In this document: positions 9,047 to 19,100 of the stretch, piece by piece
How positions within the stretch are numbered: the first letter of the stretch is position 1
How the letters are laid out: the number at the start of each line of letters is the position of its first letter
Assembly: GCA_037128175.1 (NCBI GenBank)
Contig: JBAXWY010000018.1
Span: forward strand, 1-49,751
Source of the DNA: Methanothrix sp.
GTDB lineage: Archaea > Halobacteriota > Methanosarcinia > Methanotrichales > Methanotrichaceae
Reading direction: 5' to 3'
DNA: 49,751 bases
Made by a program: the position numbers and the translations under genes
The notes under the pieces: generated by a model
Databases searched by the model: none
The model's input: only the letters and a program-made list of their open reading frames with translations
What the model was told of the DNA's origin: nothing

Positions 9047-9955
9047 TTAGGGTGGGGTAGTTGACGAAACCAGATATACTCCCACTATTATCAAGAGAAT
9101 GGCGAGCGTCTTCTGAGCAATCGTCTTTCTATCCAGCACCTCCTGCACAATTCCCGGAACAAACAGTCCCAGTAGGACGACATAGATCAGGGTGATGAAG
9201 GGCTGCAACGCAGCTACGCTGGAGACCAGGGCCACGGAGCCGGCGGCATAGGCGAAGATGAAGGCCCCTCTGCCCAGGAAGTCAAAGATCTCATCGGCAA
9301 GGAGTGCAAAAAGCAGAAACGGACCGCCGCAAAAATATGCAGCAAGCTCTCTACGTACCGTCTTATGCCCCAAAAGCGGCAAGACCGCCAGAAGGCTGCC
9401 CAGAGATGACCAGAGGATCAAATGCCATTCGTTCATGAAAGCGAGAAGGTATTTGGCAGCCAGGGCATAAGCTGCAGTAAAGATCCAGAAGACGGCCATA
9501 TACTTTAAAGCAGGTGAGAGGATAGCAGGCTTGCCTCCTTGCGCTGGCCGGTAGGATACTAATAAGGCGCTGCATACCAGCAAAGCGCCCCCTAAGTAAT
9601 CTTTGGCGGCAAGAGTCTCTCCTAAGAAAAGAAATGCACCCAAAAAGACGAAGACGGGAAAGACGTAGACCAAGGCTGCCACCCGGCTGGTCTCCTCCTG
9701 CTGAAGGGCTAGCAAGTAGGCCGCCCAGAGTACTACCTGGCAGCTGCCTGCCGCCAGGGCATAAATCGACTGGGGGAAGATATATCCCCATCCCAAATAG
9801 ACCGGGATGGCGACGATTAGGAACTGCTGCATTATAACCAGGGCGGCCAGGTAGGCAATAGGGTCTCGCACGTACCTGTCCAGGATGAACTTATCGATAA
9901 CCCCGGTAACTGCAAGAGCAGATGCGCCCAGAAGAGAGAGGGAAAACCAGTCCAC
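9047..9955 (-). CDS. EamA/DMT family transporter
   Basis: About 10 hydrophobic helices in two repeats; FLFLGE motif. Confidence 0.85.
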   Translation of the reverse strand: MDWFSLSLLGASALAVTGVIDKFILDRYVRDPIAYLAALVIMQQFLIVAIPVYLGWGYIFPQSIYALAAGSCQVVLWAAYLLALQQEETSRVAALVYVFPVFVFLGAFLFLGETLAAKDYLGGALLVCSALLVSYRPAQGGKPAILSPALKYMAVFWIFTAAYALAAKYLLAFMNEWHLILWSSLGSLLAVLPLLGHKTVRRELAAYFCGGPFLLFALLADEIFDFLGRGAFIFAYAAGSVALVSSVAALQPFITLIYVVLLGLFVPGIVQEVLDRKTIAQKTLAILLIIVGVYLVSSTTPP

Positions 9956-10085
9956 AATTCTACTTGGGATGCAGGAAAGTTATAGCTTTCGTATTTGGAT
10001 CAGTTCACATTCTGAATCTGGGCAAAGATACTTATCTTTTAGCATGATAATGCATTACCAATACTTTCAAAAGGCGGGTTGGACA

Positions 10086-10751
10086 ATGGATTGCAGAAAA
10101 TTGATTCAGGCATGTCTGATTGCAGCCGTCTTAGTCTGCAATTTATCTGTGTCGCTGGCACAAGATGCAAGACACAATGATGATCTTAAGGGTGAATTGC
10201 TCTACCAAGAGAACTTTTCCACCAGCAAAGGCAGCCTTTGGGCGGCCTCTTCTGATGGTAATTGGACTTACTATTTCGACAGTGGAAGATACAACATGAT
10301 CGTCTATCGTATGAATAGCTGGAAGAGCTATGCCATAAAAAATAGCTACAGCAACTTCATAATGGACGTACAGGCGAGGCAAGAAGGCGGCACCAGTGAC
10401 AACGTCTACGGTGTGATAATCAGAAAGATCGACTGGAGCAACTACTATAATTTCCTGATATCGGGGGATGGCTATTATCAAATGGCCAAAATGGAGAACG
10501 GCAAATGGTCTCCGGTTAATTGGAAGATATCGGATGCTATAAACGTTGGAAATGCAACCAATCTTATCCGGATTATATGCAAAGGGGACGCGTTCTCCTT
10601 TTATGTAAATGATGTACTGCTGGAAGAATATAAGGATAGCAGCTTCTCATCGGGGAATATCGGTCTGACGGCAGGCACAAATTATGCAATAGGTCCGGCC
10701 AGAGTTAGCTTTGACGATCTCTCCATCTGGCAGATAAAAAGCAGCCCGTGA
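10086..10751 (+). CDS. Secreted protein, concanavalin-like/DUF1080-type beta-sandwich
   Basis: Signal peptide after ATG 10086; LYQENF, YGVIIR, FYVND and GNIGL...FDDL motifs. Confidence 0.7.
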   Translation: MDCRKLIQACLIAAVLVCNLSVSLAQDARHNDDLKGELLYQENFSTSKGSLWAASSDGNWTYYFDSGRYNMIVYRMNSWKSYAIKNSYSNFIMDVQARQEGGTSDNVYGVIIRKIDWSNYYNFLISGDGYYQMAKMENGKWSPVNWKISDAINVGNATNLIRIICKGDAFSFYVNDVLLEEYKDSSFSSGNIGLTAGTNYAIGPARVSFDDLSIWQIKSSP

Positions 10752-10835
10752 GTGGTCAACAATCCGACTCGATCAGTGAAACCGCATGGGAAAAGGAAAT
10801 AAATGCTATTGGCCTTAGTTTCGGGCTGCCCAGCC

Positions 10836-11330
10836 CTAAACTAAGGCATTTTCATTAATTGTCGAATCGATCCTAACCCGGACCACGGGTATGTCTCTTG
10901 TCTTCTCCTGGACTATTTCATCCGCTGCAGCCTCTGGATCAAATCCATACATGGAGCGATTTAGGCCGCTGCCTAGAAGGATCAGCCTCATTGCCTGCAG
11001 CTTTTCTGCGGAGTCATGGACCTCCTCCCCACGCCCGGAAAAGCGGCCGCCAGGCAGGATCACCTCAACCTCTGGATTGGCCAGCAGGTTCAGATACCAC
11101 TGTCCTTTCGTCTCTTTTCCCTGATAGCAGTAGATATTCTGCCCGATCCTGGCATAGCTCACCGGAGTATAGCGAATCTTTCCCGTCTTTCTGCCCGCTA
11201 TCCCCAGCACCATAATATCTCCTGTGAGGGAATTGGATATGATTAGCCCCCAGCCTCTTCGAAATGCCGGGACTACAATAAATCTATTGACAAACCGAAA
11301 AACCGCTCTTAAAACCGATTTCTTGTCCAT
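10836..11330 (-). CDS. Deazaflavin (F420)-dependent nitroreductase family protein (Ddn/DUF385-like)
   Basis: GRKTGKIRYTPV, WYLNLLANPEVEV and IPVVR motifs. Confidence 0.85.
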   Translation of the reverse strand: MDKKSVLRAVFRFVNRFIVVPAFRRGWGLIISNSLTGDIMVLGIAGRKTGKIRYTPVSYARIGQNIYCYQGKETKGQWYLNLLANPEVEVILPGGRFSGRGEEVHDSAEKLQAMRLILLGSGLNRSMYGFDPEAAADEIVQEKTRDIPVVRVRIDSTINENALV

Positions 11331-11417
11331 TCATCTCTTCCTTTTGCACCGATGCTTTTTTCTGTTTATGCCGATACTATTATTTCAGTTTAGCCTTTAA
11401 GGATAGCTATATTTGGG

Positions 11418-12536
11418 ATGATAATCAATTATGATTTGATGATCCAGAGGAGACTTATGCAACTTATCTGCGACAGGCGTAATGCATTATTGATAGCAAT
11501 AGTCGCGCTCTTTTTGTCGGGCATGGGTTGTGCGATCGATGCCTCTCCCAAGGACGATGCCTACCACTACATGGCCAATGGCGTGGATGACCAGCTCTAC
11601 AATGAGTGGTGGTACTTCGATGTAGCGGATAATGACACTCAGTTCCAGGTGGTATATCTCCTCAGCGACCCGGACAATATTTCCTCTGAAAGAAAGATTC
11701 AGGTGCAGGCTGTGGCCATGCAGGATGGCCTGCCTAATATCATAGGCCAGCACCAAAGCCTTGGATATGGAGGAGATCGAAAATCTCCCATGTTTGACAT
11801 TGACAAGAGCGGCTTTTCCACAGAGGAAGAGCCGAACCTGCAGGTCTGGGGTGAGGTCCTGGACAATGCCACCGGTGACCCTATCCGCTGGGATCTAGTT
11901 TATCAGCCCACGGCTCGCCCCTGGTTTGCCATCCCGGTTCAGGAGCATATCGGCCACCTCAAGGGTGATTGGATTAAATGGCTGGTTTACATGCCCTCCG
12001 CCCAGGTAACCGGCACTCTTACCATCGGCAACAGGACAAAAAGCCTGCAAGGAATAGGCTTTCACGAGCATGCCTGGGGCCGCTTTGCCTTAAGCGATCC
12101 TCAAATCACCAGGGCCTCGGTTTCAGTTCCCCTCGAAGGATTCAGCCTGGCATTCGCTGAGATATTGGGCGAGCAAAGAGTGGCATTTCTGGGAATAGAG
12201 AAAGACGGCAAGAGCATCGTTTTCTCGGATAAGCAGATCAAACTGAATTATTCAAATGCATTTTACAATATGACGGCTGAAATCTACCCGGCCGCCTATC
12301 ATGTAGAGGCAGATAACGGGGACTACACCCTGGATCTGGCAGTAGATGTGCAAAAGAGCGCGGCTACTGCTCTCGACTACCAGCCTCCTTTGCCAAGCGT
12401 TCTAATCTTCCACCAGGTCTCAATTTTGCAGGGGACACTTGAATCAAAGTCCGGCGAGAAGTTCTCCTTCCAAAAACAGGGCTTTTCCGGATTTACAGCG
12501 GCAAGGCAAAATAAGAAAAAATCAGGCGGCAGCTAG
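11418..12536 (+). CDS. Secreted CrtC/AttH-like (lipocalin-like) protein
   Basis: Signal peptide, EWWYFD and GFHEHAWG motifs; true start probably downstream (11457). Confidence 0.6.
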   Translation: MIINYDLMIQRRLMQLICDRRNALLIAIVALFLSGMGCAIDASPKDDAYHYMANGVDDQLYNEWWYFDVADNDTQFQVVYLLSDPDNISSERKIQVQAVAMQDGLPNIIGQHQSLGYGGDRKSPMFDIDKSGFSTEEEPNLQVWGEVLDNATGDPIRWDLVYQPTARPWFAIPVQEHIGHLKGDWIKWLVYMPSAQVTGTLTIGNRTKSLQGIGFHEHAWGRFALSDPQITRASVSVPLEGFSLAFAEILGEQRVAFLGIEKDGKSIVFSDKQIKLNYSNAFYNMTAEIYPAAYHVEADNGDYTLDLAVDVQKSAATALDYQPPLPSVLIFHQVSILQGTLESKSGEKFSFQKQGFSGFTAARQNKKKSGGS

Positions 12537-12851
12537 AGCCGGCTCAGCAGCGATCCGATCGCAGAAAGCTTTGACCTGTGCCTCATCCATGCTGTTCTTG
12601 GGAATGACCATGACTTGATACCCATCGCTTTCCAGCCTGTTAATCAGATCCCGAAACTGGCTCATGGCTACTTTGACCTGTTTAGTCAGATCCGGCATCT
12701 TTAGAATGACTATCTTTATTGAAGGAATGACCGCGTCCACGACATAACCCCAACGGGTGGGACGATGCATCAGCACAACTATCCCTCTTCTTCCTAGCTC
12801 GGAGATTATGCCGTCAAATTTCGCTATGTCTTGCCTCTCAGGTTGTTTCAT
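12522..12851 (-). CDS. Hypothetical protein, possible degenerate Vsr/DUF559-like fold
   Basis: GYVVDAVIPSIKIVI...LESDGYQVMVI resembles the DUF559 pattern without its catalytic residues. Confidence 0.5.
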   Translation of the reverse strand: MKQPERQDIAKFDGIISELGRRGIVVLMHRPTRWGYVVDAVIPSIKIVILKMPDLTKQVKVAMSQFRDLINRLESDGYQVMVIPKNSMDEAQVKAFCDRIAAEPALAAA

Positions 12852-12990
12852 TTCGACTCTACCCCATGCCCAATTTCTAATTTATTCTAATCAACATTCA
12901 TTATTTCGTCCATCATAGCAAAAATTGCGAGGGCATTATATACGAAACCAAGGCCCTCTTATAAATAGATCATTAAGAAATATTGAAGGT

Positions 12991-13200
12991 TTAGTATCTA
13001 CCGGGTGATCGGGCAGGTCTGTGCTTCTGATAGCATTCGCTGCAGTATACCGGCCTGGACCCATCCGGTTTGAAGGGGACTTGTGTCTGCTTGCCGCATT
13101 CTGAACAAGTAACATCTGTCATTTCTCTAGGACCGCTATTGTAGCCACTTCTGCCGCCGCTACCACTGCTACCGCTGTTTTCATATTTTCGCTCAAACAT
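12991..13200 (-). CDS. CxxC-x17-CxxC zinc-ribbon domain protein
   Basis: PREMTDVTCSECGKQTQVPFKPDGSRPVYCSECY. Confidence 0.9.
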   Translation of the reverse strand: MFERKYENSGSSGSGGRSGYNSGPREMTDVTCSECGKQTQVPFKPDGSRPVYCSECYQKHRPARSPGRY

Positions 13201-13358
13201 TTATATTCACTTGCCTTTTGAATCGATTTAAGGAATCGAAACGGTTTCTGAAAACATCTCAACAAATCTCTTTGAATCGACGAATCCAGCATCACTTAAA
13301 GAACCGCTCAGGTTATATACTTACCGGTTAAAACGAAATATAATTTATTCTTGCTTTC

Positions 13359-14462
13359 CTACCTTCTCTTGGTAATTATGGAGAGTATATCACTGTCTTT
13401 GAGCTCATGATCCAGCCCCACCGATTGACCGGGGAATTTGGCGCTCTTGCCCCAGACCAGAGCATAGCGGAAGAGGTTCACAAAGTCGCGATGAAGATGC
13501 TCGCAAACCGATCTGACGCTGCTTCCGTCCAGTAGTACCAAAGGCTCTTCCAGGTCTGCTTTGCCCCCTTTCGGCTTGAGATAGACGCGAATGAAACCCA
13601 GCCGGTCGTAAATAAGTTCCTTTAGCTCCTCCAGGCCCTGAGTAGTGGCGCAAGAGAGTGGCAGATAGTCCCTGTTCAGCTCTTCATTGATCCTGGTCTC
13701 TACGTCTCCGAATCGAAGGTCGAACTTATTTATGGCCACCACTGCCGGAATGTAAACTCTGTTTCCGGCCAAAAAATCCACCAGGCTGTCGGTATCTATG
13801 TCTTCGCGAATCGTGATATTGGCATTGACAATTCCGTAGGCGCGAATGATATCCGCGATCTGAAACTCCGTCATGTGGGTGAGCGGCACAGTGCTGCGTA
13901 TGATTATGCCGCCCTTCTTGTCCTGTGTGATGTGAATATTGGGGGGCTGTTTGTCCAGCCGGATTCCTGCATCGTAAAGCTCGCGCTCCAGAATATTCAG
14001 CTTGTAGTTGAAGACGTCCCCCAATAGTAATATTATGTCCGCGGCGCGAGCTGCCGTTATGACCTCTCTGCCCCGGCCCTTGCCTTTGGCGGCACCTTTG
14101 ATGATGCCCGGCATATCCAGTATCTGGATCTCAGCGCCTTTGTATTTCATGACCCCCGGAATGACCTCCAGGGTAGTGAATTGGTATGCGGCAACCTCTG
14201 ATTTGGAGGCGGTCAGGTGGTTGAGCAGACTTGACTTTCCTACCGATGGAAAGCCCACCAGGGCCACCGTTGCATCTCCCGACTTCTTGATGTAGTATCT
14301 TCTACCCCCGCCGCCGCCCTTGATCTTCTGAAGCTCTTGCTGCGCTTTCAGCTTCGCGATCTTGGCCTTGATCTTGCCCAGATGGTGCTCAGTAGCCTTG
14401 TTCTTCTGAGTGTTAAAGATCTCCTCTTCCAGTGCCTTGATCTGTTCCTCGATGGTTGCCAT
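13359..14462 (-). CDS. DRG/Rbg1-family (OBG) GTPase with TGS domain
   Basis: NKATEHH, GFPSVGKS, YQFTT, DMPG and NKFD motifs; C-terminal TGS (VWGKSAKFPGQSVGLDH). Confidence 0.95.
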   Translation of the reverse strand: MATIEEQIKALEEEIFNTQKNKATEHHLGKIKAKIAKLKAQQELQKIKGGGGGRRYYIKKSGDATVALVGFPSVGKSSLLNHLTASKSEVAAYQFTTLEVIPGVMKYKGAEIQILDMPGIIKGAAKGKGRGREVITAARAADIILLLGDVFNYKLNILERELYDAGIRLDKQPPNIHITQDKKGGIIIRSTVPLTHMTEFQIADIIRAYGIVNANITIREDIDTDSLVDFLAGNRVYIPAVVAINKFDLRFGDVETRINEELNRDYLPLSCATTQGLEELKELIYDRLGFIRVYLKPKGGKADLEEPLVLLDGSSVRSVCEHLHRDFVNLFRYALVWGKSAKFPGQSVGLDHELKDSDILSIITKRR

Positions 14463-14934
14463 TTATTGTCCTCTTAATCCGCCAAGAACAGCGCGCTTTG
14501 TCGTCGGATTAGAAATGTTCTTGGTTTCGTAGCAGCAAATGAGGCTTCCCCTTTATAAGGTATGGGTTTGCACGCCTATATAAAAAAATCTTAACGCCAG
14601 ACTATGCCCGGGTCTCGCAAATCTCCCTGCCCAATTCTTCTCGAAAACGATCTGCTTGAACTTCTCCAACTCATCCGGCGTCATCATTTCCCACCATTCA
14701 AGTGGCCTCACTAATGATTTCACGCGGCTGCCAGCAACGACCAGTTCCACTCTTAGATCGCTTTATCGATTTGGCAACATGCGTCGATGAGATAAGATTA
14801 ATAAAATGATTGGTATACCAGGCGGCCAACATAATGGTGTTGTTTAAAGGGACAATCATAATATGCCCTACCGCCCGTTTAGTTGTTATTAGCAGCAATG
14901 TACTCAGTCTTGATATTTATAGGTTTCTGCATAT

Positions 14935-15030
14935 TCAACTCATTTCTGGAATGATCCAATTCTTAATCGCGTCTTCAATAGCGATCTTGATATTTCCTTT
15001 CTTCATCCCCAACCGTTTCGCTACCCCGTC
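14935..15030 (-). pseudogene. 3' remnant of a small ribbon-helix-helix DNA-binding protein
   Basis: Manual translation DGVAKRLGMKKGNIKIAIEDAIKNWIIPEMS*, with an in-frame TAA just upstream and no start covering the N-terminal strand. Confidence 0.45.
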
Positions 15031-15423
15031 TCCAAATGCAAATTAGATTAAAGGCGACAAGCCGAATGAGGGTGTTTATCCTTCTGCTATCCGCGGCTTG
15101 GTCCTCTGCAATTCACTCTTGAAATAGCTCAAAATCAGCTCGCAGGCTCCTTACCTCTTGCAGGATCGCCGCCAGGTCCTGGGCGGGGGCGCGCGCGGCT
15201 TCGCTCGGCTGGGATGCACACGGGGCTGGAGCGGAGGGGCATGCCAGGAGCCGACGCGAGATAGGTAGGACCAGGGTAAGCTGATCCAATAATTAGATCT
15301 GGTTGGATCGGAGGTAGCAAAAGTTAAGCTGGATTTTAGAAAAAATTTAAATTGTAATAACTAATAGTAGTATATTAGCAGCACCTAGCCGGTTAATTTG
15401 GCTTTTCAAATGAGGTAATTGAC

Positions 15424-15840
15424 ATGAGGAAGATATTCGCTTTGATGCTATTGCTGGCCCTTTGCATTCCAGCGATGGCAACTGATTTGCCTGATATGAC
15501 AGGCAACTGGTCCGGAGTTATGGATTTTGTGGGATTTGACAAGAATACAGCGTGGCTGCCGAATGAGACGGTCTCCTACTGGCCAGGTGAAGAATATAGC
15601 CTGACCATCTCAGAGCAACAAGGACGAACATTTTCGGGGACGATGGTTCCAGGCTTGAGCCCCCTGACTGTGCAAGTTGTGCTGGGTGTCTTGTGCAGCG
15701 AAAACGAGTCCATATCAATGGTGGACGAGAACGCCTACTGGTGGGGCGATGTGATCTCGCCGACTGAGATTGAGTTGAACTACCAGAAAGTAAATATGGA
15801 AGGGATGGTTGTAGGAGGAGGGACATTCAAGAAAGTATGA
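15424..15840 (+). CDS. Secreted hypothetical protein
   Basis: RBS GAGGT at 15412, signal peptide, PDMTGNWSG start of a beta-rich domain; T-run at 15869-15874 downstream. Confidence 0.8.
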   Translation: MRKIFALMLLLALCIPAMATDLPDMTGNWSGVMDFVGFDKNTAWLPNETVSYWPGEEYSLTISEQQGRTFSGTMVPGLSPLTVQVVLGVLCSENESISMVDENAYWWGDVISPTEIELNYQKVNMEGMVVGGGTFKKV

Positions 15841-16100
15841 TGGCGACTTCATATTCGGCATATATCACTTTTTTCCAATAATTTTTATAACCTTGAAAAA
15901 GTGTCATAGGACCTAGATGCTGCGTTCACATAGCTCAGCCATTCTGCCAGATCCTTGAGGGCTTGCGAGGTCCCATCCTGCTCATTTTAATACCCACACA
16001 CGAACAGCGGAGGGCATTTTTCCCCTCTAATCTAGGATAAGTTTTTAAGGATACCTTCGAAAGGTTAACCATTCCAGGTCCATCTCCAGAGGCTCATAAG

Positions 16101-19100
16101 ATGACAAAGCATGCGATCATCACCCTTTCCATAAACGAGGCAGGAACTCAACATCAGGGCACTTTCCTCTTTTACGTCAAGGTGGACGGCGAGGTCGTCT
16201 ACAGCAACCGGAACCTCTCGCCAGAAAATTACAAAACGGTGCGAGAGATCTCCAGACGCTACAACAGCATGTTCGAAGGTGGCTTTGCGCCTCGATTGGC
16301 CGCTGAGAAGCTGAACGCCTTCGGCGCGGAGCTTTTCTCCATCTGGCTTGCCGGGTCCTGGGAGAATGTTAAGGCAAAAGTAACATCTGGATCTCTGCGC
16401 CTTATAGTGATCGCCTCGGATGTTCCGGATATATTGAACCTGCCATGGGAGCTTCTTCGCCCACCCTTGGGGGATTTTCTGGGTGTGGATTCAAAGTTCA
16501 GCATACGCCGATTTCCACGATCAGGGCAAGAAATCCCCACCTTCAAAGGAGACCTGCGCCCCCGCCCCCTCCGACTCCTCTTGGCAGTCTCTTCTCCGAT
16601 AGATCTCCTAACCCTGGACTTCGAGCGGGAAGAGGAGTACCTCCTCAGGGCGATCTCTGGGCTTGATGTCGCCTTCGATTCCTGCGACCTCGGTAGCTTC
16701 CAGGATCTCCGCGATCATGTCGAGCAGTTTCAGCCTCACATCGTCCATTTAACGGGCCACGGAGCGGTCATCAAAAAGTGCCCCCTTTGCGAATGGCTTA
16801 ACGAACTCAACGAGGCCGTTTGCAGGAAGTGCTCGGCCTCCTTAATGGACGTTTCTGCCTTGGGCTACTTCGCCTTCGAGGACGAGAGTGGCAATGCCGA
16901 TATGAGATCTTCCAAGGAGCTTCGAAGAATGTTGGCTGCAAGCGATGTTCAGTGCGTCTTCGTAAGCGGCTGCCAGACCGGCAAAGCCCCGCCAACCGAG
17001 GCCTTGGGTGGCATCTGTCAGGGGTTGGTGGACGATGAGGTGCCCCTCTCCATAGGCTGGGCGGCCTCGATATCAGATGATGTTGCCAACCAGTTCGCCC
17101 GCTCTTTCTACAGGACCCTGGCTGCTGGTAGGCCTGTGGACCGGGCATTAGTCCAGGCCCGCCAGGCCGTTCGGGAGACGTGCGAGAAGAGAGGAGATCC
17201 GTCGTGGACCCTCCCCGTTCTCTACTCAGCCACCGACCAGGGACTTGTCTTCGATCCAGACCCCCGACGGCCAAAGGAGGTGCCTCCGCGCAAAATTGGC
17301 CCGCAGCGACCACTTCCCGGGATGATCGAGGGGTACGCTGAACACTTCGTCGGCAGGAGGCGCGAGCAGCAGAGTCTCATCACAGCGCTCCGCGACGGCT
17401 CCATTCAGACGGTTATCATAACTGGCCTAGGCGGAAGCGGAAAAAGCTCTCTTGCGACGCGTCTTGCCTGGAAGCTGGAAGGCGACGGCTTTACGCCCAT
17501 AGCTGTTCCTAGCTCTCAGGAGAAACCGTTGAGCGCGGCCCGTCTCATCCAGACCCTCAGCGAGGCATTTCTCGCCGCCGATCTCGACGACGCCTACCAG
17601 AAGCTCTCGAATCCACATATTCCAGCCGATGTGCGTTTGAGATATTCAATCGAGATTCTTAACAAGAACCGCTTCCTCCTCGTCCTTGACAACTTTGAGT
17701 CGAATATGGACGAGGCCAAAAGAAGCATACTGGACCAGGAGCTTGCTGAGTTCTACGAGCACCTCCTCGCAAACCTAACCGGAAGTTCGAGGGCAATCGT
17801 TAGCTCGCGATACACCCCGGCGGGAAAGCTCCCTCCAAAGGTCAGAGAGATGCCCTTGGGTGACTTCAGCGATGCATCCTTCTTCAAGTTCCTTAGACGA
17901 GACGATGTGGTGGACGCGCGCCTCCGTTCGGGCGAACTATCTCATGATCTTCTGCATGAGATCCACCATCTCTTCGGAGGCACGCCTAGGTTCCTCGGCC
18001 AAATACGAACCGTGCTCAGGGGCATATCCGTCGAAGAGCTGAAAAAAGAACTGGAGGCTGTAAAGTTTCCCACCGACATTGAAAATGGCGATATGCAGAA
18101 GAACCTGGACGAGTATTGTGAGCAGATCTTCACTTCAAGGCTCTACAGCTACCTCAGCCCTGAATCCCAGAGGGCGCTCAGCCGTGCTGCGGTCTACGGC
18201 GTTGCCATAAACTTCGAGGGACTGGAGGCGGTTACAGGCGAGATTTCTGAGAACCTGCTCGGATTCGTCCGGGCGTGGCAAGATCACGCTTTCGCTTACC
18301 CCAATGCCGAGAGAGGGGGCGGAGAGCTTTGGGTCATCTACGGGCTCCTGCGAAGCTGGCTACTGGCGCAGCTCAGCCCCGTTGATCGGAAGGCGGCGCA
18401 CAGAGCGGCGGGTGATTTTCTCAGCGGGCTAGTAAATCAAAAGCGATCAAGCGATCTAAATCTTTTTTGGGCAGATTGTCTGCTTTTGGCAAGAATGGAG
18501 TATCTTCAAGCTGAAGAATACGAATCGACACGAAAAGTTACAGATAGTATTTCTGTATCATTCATGCAAAGCGGTCTATATGAAGGAGTAAAACAACTGA
18601 ACAGAGAGCTTCTTGGCAAGTACAACGAACATCCGTCTCCTATGATGTGGATAGGTCAGGCATACTATTATCAAGGAAATTACGAAGCAGCGTATGAATG
18701 GACCCAAAGTGCGCTGGCAATATCTCAAAGTATTTGTGATAAGACCGAAGAGGGCTTAGCCTGGCATAACTTGGCCACAATCGATATGGCGAAGGGAGAT
18801 TACAAATCCGCCAGAGAGAAGTTCCAAAAAGCGTTAAAGATAAGAAAGCATATCGGTAAAAAAGCTTACGTGGCTGAAACACTGAACAACTTAGCATCTA
18901 TCGATTTGAAAGAAGGCAATTACAAAACAGCCCAGAGGACATTCAAAAAAGCGTTGAAAATCGTGCAGCAGACCGAAAATGATGTGTTGCAGGCTGCAAT
19001 CAGGCAGAATCTAGCATCAAATTATATAAATATCGGAAAATACGAACAATCGCTTGATCATTTACAGAAAACTATGGTATTATTAAAGAAACAAAAGCAT

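Noticed and set aside
9885-10085. N-terminal extensions in the ORF track (9885, 3912, 4588, 26625, 41345)
   Set aside because: They overlap neighbouring genes or promoters; downstream ATGs with an RBS or family-typical N-termini fit better.
15361-15378. CTAATA-N6-TATTAG palindrome upstream of the secreted protein gene
   Set aside because: Could be an operator, but 6-bp arms in AT-rich DNA arise easily by chance and I noticed no second copy.
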